Program-made: the position numbers and the translations under genes
Assembly (NCBI GenBank): GCA_964544635.1
Contig: CAZJCK010000007.1
Coordinates: 434 to 64,433, forward strand
Reading direction: 5' to 3'
From: an uncultured Ignavibacteriales bacterium
Lineage (GTDB): Bacteria > Zixibacteria > MSB-5A5 > GN15 > FEB-12
DNA: 64,000 nt
Notes under the pieces: generated by a model
Database searches by the model: none
What the model was told of the DNA's origin: nothing
The model's input: only the letters and a program-made list of their open reading frames with translations
Part shown: positions 1 to 9,816 of the stretch, one piece after another
Numbering within the stretch: position 1 is the stretch's first letter
How the letters are laid out: the number at the start of each line of letters is the position of its first letter

Positions 1-672
1 GAGCTGCAAACCGAGTCGAAGGGATTGTTTGGAGAGCGCATCTGGTGGGAAGATAACATGGCAATCTCGATCAGCAGGACCCCTGGCGGCTGTGCATCAA
101 CCTGTCATCTCACGCCCGACCGCGACCGCCCCGGATATCATGCAACCGAACGGGACACCGTTGATACCTGGCGCTGGTACGCCATTCGCAGCACGCCGGT
201 GGCGCGGATGGAGGATGGGTGGTGGGGACCGTCGCATGACGCCGAACGGTCAATGCACGTCGATAACCGGCCTGGCGGTGGCTACACCTCCAACCTCAAC
301 GCCGACTGGAAGCAACCGTACCTGGTTCCATCGCGACCCTGGCGCCGGCCATGGATCGATGTCGAGTCACCGCTGGTGTCGCCTTACTTCCACGAATCGG
401 TGTCACTCCCCATCGGCCATCGGGTGCCGGCAGTAATCGTCGCACCGTCGTCCGGAGACGCTACCGATGTCGAGGTGCGGGCACGCTGGGAGAACGGCTT
501 CTGGACGGTTGAGATGCGTCGACGCATCTCGACCAACTCACCGTTCGACGTCTCATTCACCAGTCGCGATACGGTCTATCTCTCAATAGCGCTGTTCAAT
601 AACGCCGAGAAGCATCACGCCATGGTCTTCAGGTCCATCCAGTTGGTCGTCGATCCCCTGCCCAAAGACTGA
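1..672 (+). CDS. EB_dh/DOMON-like heme-binding domain protein, C-terminal part (5' end lies outside the window)
   Basis: Frame 1 is open from nt 1 to TGA at 670-672. The tail ..VEVRARWENGFWTVEMRRRISTNSPFDVSF..VYLSIALFNN.. resembles the ethylbenzene-dehydrogenase gamma/DOMON-like fold. A CASTCH (CX3CH) motif is present. Family call is from memory of motifs only. Confidence 0.45.
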   Translation, partial: ELQTESKGLFGERIWWEDNMAISISRTPGGCASTCHLTPDRDRPGYHATERDTVDTWRWYAIRSTPVARMEDGWWGPSHDAERSMHVDNRPGGGYTSNLNADWKQPYLVPSRPWRRPWIDVESPLVSPYFHESVSLPIGHRVPAVIVAPSSGDATDVEVRARWENGFWTVEMRRRISTNSPFDVSFTSRDTVYLSIALFNNAEKHHAMVFRSIQLVVDPLPKD

Positions 673-673
673 T

Positions 674-1825
674 TTACGGGCACACCGCCGGCCCGGTACC
701 ACCGTTAAAGAGGTAGTCGACGAGGAACGACAGGTCGATTGGATCGGCCGGCGTCGCATCACCGTTGATATCCGCTTCTTCCGGACAGGGCGCGCTCGGG
801 CCGGTCCCGAACAGGAAATCGACAAAGTAAGAAAGATCGATCGGGTCGGCATCTACACTGTCACCGTTCACGTCACCGGTCGAACCGACACAGCAATTCT
901 CGCAGGCATCGCCGATACCATTGGAGTTGCCGTCAGCTTGCGACGGGTTGGCCAGCGACGGACAGTTGTCGACATCGGCACAGAAACCGTCACCGTCAAT
1001 ATCGTTGTTAAAATCGTTGGGGCAGTCGTCACAAGCGTCGCCAATACCGTCACTGTCAGCGTCGGCCTGCGTCGGATTCGACAGCAGCGGGCAGTTATCG
1101 ACAATGTCGCACACGCTGTCGCCATCACCGTCCACGCAACAGGCATCAGACACCGTCTCGCCGGTAATGGTGAACAGCGGACGGCCCGGCTGGGGGTTCC
1201 AGAAAACATCCCAGTCGTACCAGACTGAATCGCGCAGGTAGAACAGTTCGCATTCGTCCGGTTCGGAGATAACGTCGAATACGATTGATGGATACGGCCC
1301 GGCTGATGGGTCGGTGTACTCGATGCCGATGAATACCGGTTCACCTATACAGCATGGTGTGGTGAAACTCACAGTGCCGATATTGGGATAGTCGAAGGTA
1401 GCTTCGTCGGCGCTTACCGACACGCGGCACAGTTCCACGCCGGGCGCCCAGCAGTCAACATCGACGGAGTCACGCGAGTAGACGATGATATCGAGCTCGA
1501 CCGGGTAGTCGAAGTCGTTGTTGCGGTCGAACAGCGGGAACGAAATTGTCTGTATCTCGAACGGGTAGGTCGGGCTGCCGCACGTTGACGGATCGTAATA
1601 GCCGACCACGGCGTCGCCTGACTCAATGCCGGAAAAGAAGCCAAGTACAGTATCGGACGGTTGCGAGTTGTCGAGGCTGCACGAATCTCCGGCCGCCATC
1701 GGGGCGGGCCATTTCAACCGGTATTCCGGAACGAACGTTTCGAATGACTGCGGCTCTATCTCAGACGCATGCGCGGCTGATATGATCAGTGAGGTAAGAC
1801 AAATAGCAGTGACCAATCGGACCAT
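674..1825 (-). CDS. Secreted protein with thrombospondin type-3 Ca-binding repeats and a C-terminal dockerin-like repeat pair
   Basis: N-terminal signal peptide MVRLVTAICLTSLIISAAHA. Repeated DxDxDGxxDxxDNCP..NP.Q.D.D.DGIGDAC units (TSP3). C-terminus GDVNGDSVDADPIDLSYFVDFLF...DINGDATPADPIDLSFLVDYLF (two EF-hand-like dockerin segments). Confidence 0.75.
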   Translation of the reverse strand: MVRLVTAICLTSLIISAAHASEIEPQSFETFVPEYRLKWPAPMAAGDSCSLDNSQPSDTVLGFFSGIESGDAVVGYYDPSTCGSPTYPFEIQTISFPLFDRNNDFDYPVELDIIVYSRDSVDVDCWAPGVELCRVSVSADEATFDYPNIGTVSFTTPCCIGEPVFIGIEYTDPSAGPYPSIVFDVISEPDECELFYLRDSVWYDWDVFWNPQPGRPLFTITGETVSDACCVDGDGDSVCDIVDNCPLLSNPTQADADSDGIGDACDDCPNDFNNDIDGDGFCADVDNCPSLANPSQADGNSNGIGDACENCCVGSTGDVNGDSVDADPIDLSYFVDFLFGTGPSAPCPEEADINGDATPADPIDLSFLVDYLFNGGTGPAVCP

Positions 1826-1942
1826 GGCGACCCTCCTTGTGTGGCGGCAGTTATGTCGGGCGTGTGTGTGATGTCGGTTTCGGCGCGCCGGCGGCGCCGG
1901 TGGACAGTGGGAAGATAGCCAATTTGTCAGAATCGGTCAAGT

Positions 1943-2920
1943 TCAGTCCGCAGGAAGGGCTTTGCTGACGTCTACCGACGGATCGATAGCTATCGTGTCC
2001 GGCAGGAGCGATTCGACCGGGTACGGTCTGGCGTCGCCGACTATCACCCGGATCATGTAAATCATGTCGGCGACGGTCATTGAAAGACCATCCAGGTTGC
2101 AGTCGCCGGCCCGAATCTGTTGCTCGACGTCTTTCGTGAGCACCGATTCGCCCGAGACAAAGTAGTTCGACATCAGTACGGCGTCGGCAATAGTAAACGC
2201 ATCGCCGTCGAGGTTGACATCGCCCGGCTGTGGTGCGTCGAGATCACACATCATCTCGATCCAGCCGTTGTGGAATTCGACGCCCCGAATCGCCAGTTCC
2301 AGAATTTCGCCGATACATTCGTTTGGCGCCCCAAGATGTGTCGGGAAGGTATCGGGCGGTGGCGTATCGATGAGATAAGGGTCAAAGATCGCCTGGGAAT
2401 GGTATGCAGTGTCGGTTGGATTAACGCTTACAAGGATGTTGTCACCACAATTGAGCCAGTAAAACCGCACCGGCAACGAAGCGCAGTTCAGCACCGGACT
2501 ATTGTCAATTACGACCCTGAAACTGAACAACGTGTCGTATGGCTGCAACTCAAAACAGCTCGCGCTGCCGTCCGCCCTACCGAACGCCTGCAGGATGGTG
2601 CGCGATTCACCTGGAATCGGCGGCAACTGGAGCAGTCTATACTCGAAGCGCCCCCACTGGCAACGCTGCAATGCCGGTCCGGGTGCAGCGCCTACGAACG
2701 TAATCTCAGCATGATCTATCATTACGTTGAAGCGAAAATAGCCGACAGCCTCCGCTCCACTGACATGTTCCACGAACATGGTAACGGTATCGCCCGACTC
2801 GACCTCTTCGACATGGCCGATACGAATCTCGAACGGATTGTCAAGTTGGGCGGCTGTGCTTGAAGCGACAGCGCAAACAATCGTTGCTGTCAGCAGTGAA
2901 TGCTTTGGCAGCCCCAACAT
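1943..2920 (-). CDS. Cohesin-like plus dockerin protein (short paralog, no T9SS CTD)
   Basis: ATG at 2920 preceded by aaggggaggggg RBS, 12 nt after the upstream paralog's stop. Signal peptide present. Cohesin-like N-domain, conserved FYWLNCGDN block, dockerin GDVNLDGDAFTIADAVLMSNYF...GDCNLDGLSMTVADMIYMIRVIVGD. Confidence 0.75.
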   Translation of the reverse strand: MLGLPKHSLLTATIVCAVASSTAAQLDNPFEIRIGHVEEVESGDTVTMFVEHVSGAEAVGYFRFNVMIDHAEITFVGAAPGPALQRCQWGRFEYRLLQLPPIPGESRTILQAFGRADGSASCFELQPYDTLFSFRVVIDNSPVLNCASLPVRFYWLNCGDNILVSVNPTDTAYHSQAIFDPYLIDTPPPDTFPTHLGAPNECIGEILELAIRGVEFHNGWIEMMCDLDAPQPGDVNLDGDAFTIADAVLMSNYFVSGESVLTKDVEQQIRAGDCNLDGLSMTVADMIYMIRVIVGDARPYPVESLLPDTIAIDPSVDVSKALPAD

Positions 2921-2932
2921 ATCCCCCTCCCC

Positions 2933-4456
2933 TTATTTTAACAGCATCATTTTTCTGGTTTGCTTGACACCATCGATTTCGACGGTGTAGAAGTAGACGC
3001 CCGAGGCGTACGCCGAGCCATCCCAATCCACACGCACTATCCCCGCCTCAGCAGCACCCGACAGATCATCGATCACCTGGCCCACGGCGTTGGTAACCGT
3101 GAGCCGGTAGTCCGATGCACCGGGTATGGCAAATTCGATGGTTGTACCGGGATTGAACGGGTTGGGGTAGTTCTGGTAGAGCACGAACGACGCCGGGAGC
3201 AGCTTCTGGAGTCGATAGGGTTGTCCACCCGGGCCGGCCAGTTCGCCGTGAATAAGCTCGCCGTCAATGCCACTCAGCACTTCACCGACAAAGGTGCGCT
3301 CCGCTTCAAAGCTGTACACAACAATTGTCGTATAGTTGGAATCGGAATGATACTCGGATTGTATCTTCATCTGGTCTGCGATAAGGACCGGAGTTATCTC
3401 GCCCTCAACTTTCAGCAACAGGCCCGCCGCCGGCTCATCAACACTGAACCGGCCGTTCTCGAGTTCATAGTCGGTCGATTGGTCGGGAAACCGGAAGCCC
3501 GAGTCAGGGGGTGAAACCAGTCCGTTGATAACATTGGCTATCAGGATGAAGTCGGCAATGCTATAGTCGTTGCCGTCGAGATTACAGTCAGCGGCCGCCT
3601 TCTGACCGTACAGATTGATCTGGAAGACCTCAGTCCCCTTCGCGAGATACTCCAGCAACAGCACAGCATCGGCAATCTCCCACTGTTCGCCATTAAGATT
3701 TACATCACCGTTGATTGGCGGTACGCCGGCACAAATGTTGTCGATGCCGCCGTTCAAAAAGTCTACACCACGATATGTTTCCGGTTGGATCTGGCCCTGC
3801 TCTTCAATACAAAACTCGGGATGCCCGAAGTAGGTCGGGAGCTTCGTTACACTCGGATCGGCCATAGAGTAGTTGGTGTCAAGCGGCTCCAATGCCGCAG
3901 CCTCAAAGTCGTACACGTGGCGCGACAACAAGAGCGTTTCGGGATCGGACAGTCGTACCTGGTTATCGGTGCAATGGTACCAGAAGAATCGAATGGGGGA
4001 GTACATGCAGTTCTTAGCCGGATCATAGCTATTTTGGAATCTCATGGTGAACAGCACCTGGTCGTCGCTGAACTGCATGCATGACGGATGCAGGTTTCCG
4101 TTGTTGACTTCAGCGAACGCAATGACTCGCAGCAGCCCGTCCGGGCACATCGAATTGTCGCAGGTCAGGTCGCCCGACATCCGATAATTGAAGTACTCCC
4201 AACCACAGGAATCGACGGGAGCACCGGGAAATACGTCTAGAAGTGTCAGTGCTGCGTCATACTTGATAAGAAGGTCGAAGGCGTCGACCTGACTGTTGCC
4301 CGAACGAATAGTTACCGGAATATCGACAAGCGCACCGGGTACCGGAGGGGTGCCGATCGTTCGGTCTATTCTTACTATCACCGGATTCTCGGTATACTCC
4401 TGCGCCATGCCGGACAGAGCCAGGCATAAAGTCAATAGTACAACTGTCGCTCGCAT
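2933..4456 (-). CDS. Cohesin-like, dockerin and T9SS C-terminal sorting domain surface protein (paralog 2)
   Basis: Likely ATG at 4456 (MRATVVLLTLCLALSGMAQE signal peptide); the ORF track starts 15 nt upstream at GTG 4471. LLIKYDAALTLL cohesin-like signature, FFWYHCTDN block, dockerin GDVNLNGEQWEIADAVLLLEYL..ADCNLDGNDYSIADFILIANVINGL. CTD LYQNYPNPFNPGTTIEF...GVYFYTV...KMMLLK. Confidence 0.8.
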   Translation of the reverse strand: MRATVVLLTLCLALSGMAQEYTENPVIVRIDRTIGTPPVPGALVDIPVTIRSGNSQVDAFDLLIKYDAALTLLDVFPGAPVDSCGWEYFNYRMSGDLTCDNSMCPDGLLRVIAFAEVNNGNLHPSCMQFSDDQVLFTMRFQNSYDPAKNCMYSPIRFFWYHCTDNQVRLSDPETLLLSRHVYDFEAAALEPLDTNYSMADPSVTKLPTYFGHPEFCIEEQGQIQPETYRGVDFLNGGIDNICAGVPPINGDVNLNGEQWEIADAVLLLEYLAKGTEVFQINLYGQKAAADCNLDGNDYSIADFILIANVINGLVSPPDSGFRFPDQSTDYELENGRFSVDEPAAGLLLKVEGEITPVLIADQMKIQSEYHSDSNYTTIVVYSFEAERTFVGEVLSGIDGELIHGELAGPGGQPYRLQKLLPASFVLYQNYPNPFNPGTTIEFAIPGASDYRLTVTNAVGQVIDDLSGAAEAGIVRVDWDGSAYASGVYFYTVEIDGVKQTRKMMLLK

Positions 4457-4564
4457 AAAAGCCCCTGACACCTAAGAGTTCAGATCGATGGGTATCGAAA
4501 TGTATCTGTATACCCGTCCGCAAGATACATTATCACCCTGATTTGGCAAGGCGTATTTGACCCC

Positions 4565-4599
4565 AAAAAAGACGGCCGCCGTAGGGGGACGGCGGCCGT
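4565..4599 (-). terminator. Rho-independent terminator after paralog 3
   Basis: On the minus strand, acggccgccgt-ccccct-acggcggccgt followed by tctttttt. It sits 26 nt downstream of the stop at 4625. Confidence 0.7.
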
Positions 4600-4624
4600 G
4601 GCGCGGTAAGTGTAAGAGGTGTGG

Positions 4625-6115
4625 TTATTTGAGTAACATCATCTTGCGGGAGGCGGAATAGCTCCCCGCGTCCAGACGGTAGAGATAGACGCCTGAAGCA
4701 ACTCCGGAGGCATCCCATTCGATCTCAACCGGGCCGGCTGTCGCGGCCGTACCACGGAATTCCTCTACAACCTGACCCTGTATATTGACAATTGTCAGCG
4801 TATAATCCGACTCTGCTGCCAGCGAAAAGCTGATCGTCGTGGTCGGATTAAACGGGTTCGGATAGTTTTGAGCCAACTCAAAGCCCGACGGTAGTTCTTT
4901 GGCCGCAACCGGCATGCCCTGGTAGGTTGCGAACTCAACCAAGCGCAGCTCACCACCAAGCCCGCTCAGGAACTTTCCGTTAAATGCCCGATCCCGCTCT
5001 ATACTGTAGACGAGGATTCGCGTCTCATCGGCTTCGGCATGATACTGGTACTTGAGTTCCATACCATGCGCCTCCAGCTCCGGCTCGACCCGTCCACCCA
5101 CAATCACATGCGCCGCACCAAGAGTCTGGTCGACAGTCAGCGCACCATCGTCAAAACAGTATCCGACTGCAATCGGCGCCAGTTTCGGGATAGCGTCGGC
5201 ATCCCCGACCACGATACGGATCAACCGAACCAGGTCGGCAACCGATAAAGTCAGGCCGTCGGCATTGACATCCGAGGCTGCAATCTGTCCGGCCGGGCTG
5301 AGCTTGAACACGCCCAATCCAAGCACGAAGTAGTTGGAATACATGACGGCATCGGCAATCTCGTTGGCCTGGCCGTTAAGGTTGATATCGCCGCGATCAT
5401 CAATACTGTCGGCACAGACAATCTCCACGCCGCCGTTGTAAAAGTCGATGAACCGGATGGGGGACGGTTTCCCCGGTTCTTCGTTGATACAGTTGGAGCC
5501 GGCGCCGAAGAAACTCGGATAATTTGTGTGGCTGGTGTCGTCGATTCGCCCTGACCAGGTATTCTGGTAGACATGCCGGCTGATCAAAAGGGTGTCGCCG
5601 GCGACATTGGACAGGGTGTTATCGCCGCAGTCGTACCAGACAAAGTTGATCGGCACAAACTGACACTCAAACGTGCGATCGTCGGTGACGAGAAAATCGA
5701 GAGTGAACATCGCTTCACCGGGATCAATCGTGAAGCAGTCGGGATGATTGGCGCCGTTATTGGTTTCGGCGATGCCGACAATTCGAACAAACCCGGTGGC
5801 ACAGTTGCTGCAGTTGCCGATGGGATTATTCCGGTAGGTGAAGTACTCCCAGCCGCAGCCGCCGGCAAAGAGGGCGTTGCCCGGCATGGCGTTGCGCAGC
5901 GACAGCGCCGAGGCATCGTACTTGATCAATAGATCGAAGCCGCCGAACGGACTGCCGCCGTCACGATAGAGTACATCGACAAACTCATGCTGGCCCTGGA
6001 AGGTGCGGTCGGTCGACTCGATCTCGAGTACGTGTGGCCCCGGCGTTTGCGCCGATGCCTCGATACCGATCGTGACAAGACTGACCAGGAGTACAAGCAG
6101 CCCCAGACGATTCAT
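4625..6115 (-). CDS. Cohesin-like, dockerin and T9SS C-terminal sorting domain surface protein (paralog 3)
   Basis: Signal peptide MNRLGLLVLLVSLVTIGIEASA. GGFDLLIKYDASALSL cohesin-like signature, FVWYDCGDN block, dockerin GDINLNGQANEIADAVMYSNYF..SDVNADGLTLSVADLVRLIRIVVGD. CTD LAQNYPNPFNPTTTISF..GVYLYRL..KMMLLK. Confidence 0.8.
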   Translation of the reverse strand: MNRLGLLVLLVSLVTIGIEASAQTPGPHVLEIESTDRTFQGQHEFVDVLYRDGGSPFGGFDLLIKYDASALSLRNAMPGNALFAGGCGWEYFTYRNNPIGNCSNCATGFVRIVGIAETNNGANHPDCFTIDPGEAMFTLDFLVTDDRTFECQFVPINFVWYDCGDNTLSNVAGDTLLISRHVYQNTWSGRIDDTSHTNYPSFFGAGSNCINEEPGKPSPIRFIDFYNGGVEIVCADSIDDRGDINLNGQANEIADAVMYSNYFVLGLGVFKLSPAGQIAASDVNADGLTLSVADLVRLIRIVVGDADAIPKLAPIAVGYCFDDGALTVDQTLGAAHVIVGGRVEPELEAHGMELKYQYHAEADETRILVYSIERDRAFNGKFLSGLGGELRLVEFATYQGMPVAAKELPSGFELAQNYPNPFNPTTTISFSLAAESDYTLTIVNIQGQVVEEFRGTAATAGPVEIEWDASGVASGVYLYRLDAGSYSASRKMMLLK

Positions 6116-6500
6116 TTTCGGTTCCTTCTCTTCTCTTTTTCTTCAGCACACCAGTGCGGCCACATCGAAGCAAACGCATTCGATGCGCCGGTCATTGTTC
6201 CCCCGACTCGCAATGCAATGAGTGCTTGTCGGCGGTGCAGTCCGTGCGTGTCGTCGTACAATGTGCGAAGCGGGAATCTTAGCGGCCTGACCTGGACGGT
6301 CCCGGCCTCCTGTAACAGTCGATTCGACCCTGTGAGGAGAGGCTGTTGTAGCAACTACAAAATACGCCAAAATCTCGTTTCGTCAAGGCCTATCCATGGC
6401 TCACTGGCCTCTATGATCGTGTAGAACGCTTAAGATCGTATAAAAGTTTCGTTAGGAAGTGGTTAAACCGTGAATGGTGAAATAACCGGGCGAACGGAGA

Positions 6501-7844
6501 TCAACTCTTTTTGCGATCGGCCCGCCAGGCGCGGAACTTGTCGGCATACTCCTTAAAACGCGCCTCGCGGCCGACCTCCTTCGGCTCGAAATAGTGACAG
6601 TCGGCCAGCTGGTCGGGCAGATGGTTCTGATCAGTCAGGGCCTCGTCATAATCGTGGGCGTATTGATAATCCTTGCCGTACCCCAGTTCCTTCATCAGAT
6701 CGGTCGGGGCATTGCGCAGCCACAACGGTACCGGCAGGGAGCCATGTTCCTCGGCATCGCGGAGCGCTTTCTTATACCCGACGTACATGCTGTTGCTTTT
6801 TGGGGCACAGGCGAGGTAAACAACCAGTTGGGCGATGACCAGGTCGCCTTCCGGTGAGCCCAGGAAATGGAAGGCGTCGCGGGTATTCAGCGCCAGCGTG
6901 AGGGCATAGCTGTCGGCCAGGCCGATATCCTCGACCGCCGCCCGGACCAGCCGTCGGATGATATACATCGGGTCCTCGCCACCGTCGAGCATTCGCGCCA
7001 GCCAGTACATGGAAGCATCCGGGTCGCCCCCGCGGATTGACTTGTGCAAAGCCGATATCAGATTGAAGTGCTCCTCACCGCTCTTGTCGTACACGGCCGT
7101 TTTCTTCCCGGCCACGGCTTTGAGGTGGTCCAGCGTCAGGTGGGTGTCGGCGCCAGTGTAGGTTGCAATCGCTTCCAGCAGGGTCAGCCCGCGTCGCGCG
7201 TCGCCGTCCGCCGCCGCCGCTATGGCAGCCGGCAGCGGATCGTCGGCGGTCAGGTTCATACCGCCCAGCCCGCGTTCCGGGTCGTCCAGCGCCCGGCGGA
7301 TGATCTCCTCGAGGGCGGCGGGGGAGAGCCGCTGCAAGACATACACCCGCATCCGCGACAGCAACGCAGAGTTGATCTCGAACGACGGGTTTTCAGTCGT
7401 TGCACCGACCAGCACGATGTCTCCCTTTTCAACATACGGCAGGAAGGCATCCTGCTGCGCCTTGTTGAAGCGGTGGATTTCGTCGACGAAGATGTAGGTC
7501 CGGCGACCTGACATCTGATAATAGTGGCCCGCTTTCGAGATGATCTCTTTCACTTCCTTGATCGATGAGGTCACCGCCGAGAAGCGCACGAACTGGCCGT
7601 GGGTGGAACGGGCGATCACCTCGGCGAGCGTGGTCTTGCCGGAACCGGGCGGTCCCCAGAAGATCAGCGAGCTGACGGTGTCGGATTCGATCGCCTTGCG
7701 CAGCGAGGTCCCCGGCCCGACTACCTCTTCCTGGCCGACAAATTCATCGAGCGAGCGCGGACGCATCCGGTCAGCCAGCGGACGGCTGCTGCCGTTCTGC
7801 CTGGGATCAGTCGGCTGCGCCGGTTGCTGGTTAAAGAAATCCAT
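6501..7844 (-). CDS. rarA: Replication-associated recombination protein A (AAA+ ATPase RarA/MgsA)
   Basis: Walker A GPPGSGKTTLAE, Walker B IFVDEIHRFNK, and the C-terminal MgsA helical domain (HFNLISALHKSIRGGDPDASMYWLARML). Start chosen at MDFFNQ (7844); the ORF track extends to 7883. Confidence 0.9.
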   Translation of the reverse strand: MDFFNQQPAQPTDPRQNGSSRPLADRMRPRSLDEFVGQEEVVGPGTSLRKAIESDTVSSLIFWGPPGSGKTTLAEVIARSTHGQFVRFSAVTSSIKEVKEIISKAGHYYQMSGRRTYIFVDEIHRFNKAQQDAFLPYVEKGDIVLVGATTENPSFEINSALLSRMRVYVLQRLSPAALEEIIRRALDDPERGLGGMNLTADDPLPAAIAAAADGDARRGLTLLEAIATYTGADTHLTLDHLKAVAGKKTAVYDKSGEEHFNLISALHKSIRGGDPDASMYWLARMLDGGEDPMYIIRRLVRAAVEDIGLADSYALTLALNTRDAFHFLGSPEGDLVIAQLVVYLACAPKSNSMYVGYKKALRDAEEHGSLPVPLWLRNAPTDLMKELGYGKDYQYAHDYDEALTDQNHLPDQLADCHYFEPKEVGREARFKEYADKFRAWRADRKKS

Positions 7845-7899
7845 GGCGGCAATATAGAGCCTGCTGCCCGGCGCCGCAATCACACCGGCGATTTCGCTA

Positions 7900-7928
7900 T
7901 TGACGAAATTCGGCTACCCGAGTATATT
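7900..7928 (+). promoter_or_regulatory. Sigma70-type promoter upstream of the 8058 gene
   Basis: TTGACG (7900-7905), 17 nt spacer, TATATT (7923-7928). About 125 nt before the ATG at 8058. Confidence 0.45.
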
Positions 7929-8057
7929 CACAACGGCATCAAATTGATCTGACATCCCGTCGAAACGTACCTGTCACTATTTCTTGGAAAGTTTGCGCCT
8001 ATCGCATTCCAGGGCTAACGACTATCACAACCCTTCACTCTTGAACGAGGGAGAAGT

Positions 8058-9779
8058 ATGCGTAAGTGTTTCTTAGCCGGACTGGTGTGCGTTGTTTGTG
8101 CCGCGACCGTGCTACCGTCGCAGGCACGCGCCCAGGAATCCGATGCCATGCCGGCCGATTCAATCGACGGCCGGGGCGATATCAATGACAACGGCCAGGC
8201 ATATGAAGTCGCCGACTTCGTCTTGTTTGGCTGGACTCTGGTCAAGGGAGCATGGGTCCTGCCGATCCCCGAGCGCGGGACCTTCCACAGCGATGTAAAC
8301 GACGACGGTACGGCCATGGGTCTGGACGATTGGGTCTACCTGGCCCGCGTCGTCATTGGCGATGCCCAGCCGTTTCCGCGCCCCACGCTCGTGAATGATA
8401 CGGCGGTGATTACGCACGACGATTTGAATGGAAAGGTATCGGTCGGTTTCGCGCGGCAGCTGGCTGTGGTACTGTTGGTTTTCGACGGCTCTGTCACGGT
8501 GACATCGGTTGCCGCCGGTATTGTACCCGACATATACTTCGACGGTCACTTGACCCGGATACTGGTGGCGCGCACGTTGATTGATGGAATGAGTGACAGC
8601 ATCCCCACATTTCCCGATGGTGATCTCATCACCTATTCGGGAACCGCTCGCTTGATCGGCGCCGCGGTAGCCGATGCGGAAGGGCTGGGCACGGTGCCCG
8701 TGGAAATTCTCGGGGGCAGCGATATCGGGCGCGGCGATATCAACGGCAACAACATTCCGTACGACCCGGCCGACTTTCTGGATTATCGAAGCTATCACCT
8801 GACCGGCTTCGATGACCTGGCGCCCGACACCCAGGCCGTAAGAATGGCGAGCAACGTAAACGGCGACGGCTACGACCTCACCCTTGAGGACGTCCTCTAT
8901 CTCCACCAGATTATCATGACCCAGGCACCGCCGATTGCCGGCGACGCCAACATTCCGGATTCGCTACTCGTCGCCATACAGGATCATCTGAATCGCAAGC
9001 TCCTGCAGTTCCGTCCGGAAGACGCCGGCGCCGCCTATTACCGCTTCGACCGACCGGTCGAACTTTCGTTCCTCGGTGACACGTCGCAGTTCCTGTTTCA
9101 TACCGAGACCGTCGCCAACGCCTCATCTGCCATGATACTTCCCCGACTCTTACCCGACACGACGACCCTTTACACCCTGCCCGATCTTCCCATTACCTAC
9201 GATCGGTTTGCAGTACTCGACTCCATTGATGCCGCGGCGTATCGTTTGGTGCGCTACTATTACCAGCCCAAGAGCGCTCCTGTACCGGTCATTCTGGTGA
9301 ACGACACGGTGTATAACATCGTGACAATAGAGCATCCCGAACTGATGATCGGCGCCAGGATGGTATTCGAAGGTGGTGTTCAACCCCAGTTGCTTGTGGA
9401 CAGCTTCGCCTTCGAAGCACCTGCAGGTGGCGGTGCCACCGTGGTATCCGTCCTGCCGGCCTCACCGTTTTCCAATGCCACGTTTGCAGCCGGAGCCTTC
9501 CTGACCTATTCCGGACGTGGTATCCTGGCGGACGGTTCGATAGCGAGCAAGTATGCCGGTATGCAGGATCTGTCGGCTGATATTGTCATCACCGCCGGAT
9601 TACCGGGCGATGTGACGATGGACGATCGTGTCGATGCCCTCGATTTGACCTGGCTGATCGATTATCTCTTCAGCGGTATCCAATCCCCCCTTGGCATTCA
9701 GGCCGCTGATCTTGACCGGGACGGTTATGTCACGCCAATTGATCTGGCCTACGTCGTCGACTACATCTATGGCTTATAG
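8058..9779 (+). CDS. Secreted protein carrying three dockerin-like modules (six EF-hand-like repeats)
   Basis: RBS gagggagaag then ATG. Signal peptide MRKCFLAGLVCVVCAATVLPSQARA. Dockerin-like pairs: GRGDINDNGQAYEVADFVLF / SDVNDDGTAMGLDDWVYLARVVIGD; GRGDINGNNIPYDPADFLDY / NVNGDGYDLTLEDVLYLHQIIM; GDVTMDDRVDALDLTWLIDYLF / DLDRDGYVTPIDLAYVVDYIYG. No T9SS CTD. Confidence 0.75.
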   Translation: MRKCFLAGLVCVVCAATVLPSQARAQESDAMPADSIDGRGDINDNGQAYEVADFVLFGWTLVKGAWVLPIPERGTFHSDVNDDGTAMGLDDWVYLARVVIGDAQPFPRPTLVNDTAVITHDDLNGKVSVGFARQLAVVLLVFDGSVTVTSVAAGIVPDIYFDGHLTRILVARTLIDGMSDSIPTFPDGDLITYSGTARLIGAAVADAEGLGTVPVEILGGSDIGRGDINGNNIPYDPADFLDYRSYHLTGFDDLAPDTQAVRMASNVNGDGYDLTLEDVLYLHQIIMTQAPPIAGDANIPDSLLVAIQDHLNRKLLQFRPEDAGAAYYRFDRPVELSFLGDTSQFLFHTETVANASSAMILPRLLPDTTTLYTLPDLPITYDRFAVLDSIDAAAYRLVRYYYQPKSAPVPVILVNDTVYNIVTIEHPELMIGARMVFEGGVQPQLLVDSFAFEAPAGGGATVVSVLPASPFSNATFAAGAFLTYSGRGILADGSIASKYAGMQDLSADIVITAGLPGDVTMDDRVDALDLTWLIDYLFSGIQSPLGIQAADLDRDGYVTPIDLAYVVDYIYGL

Positions 9780-9816
9780 CTCGACCGCACTATTATAGCG
9801 TCGAAATGTTACAATA

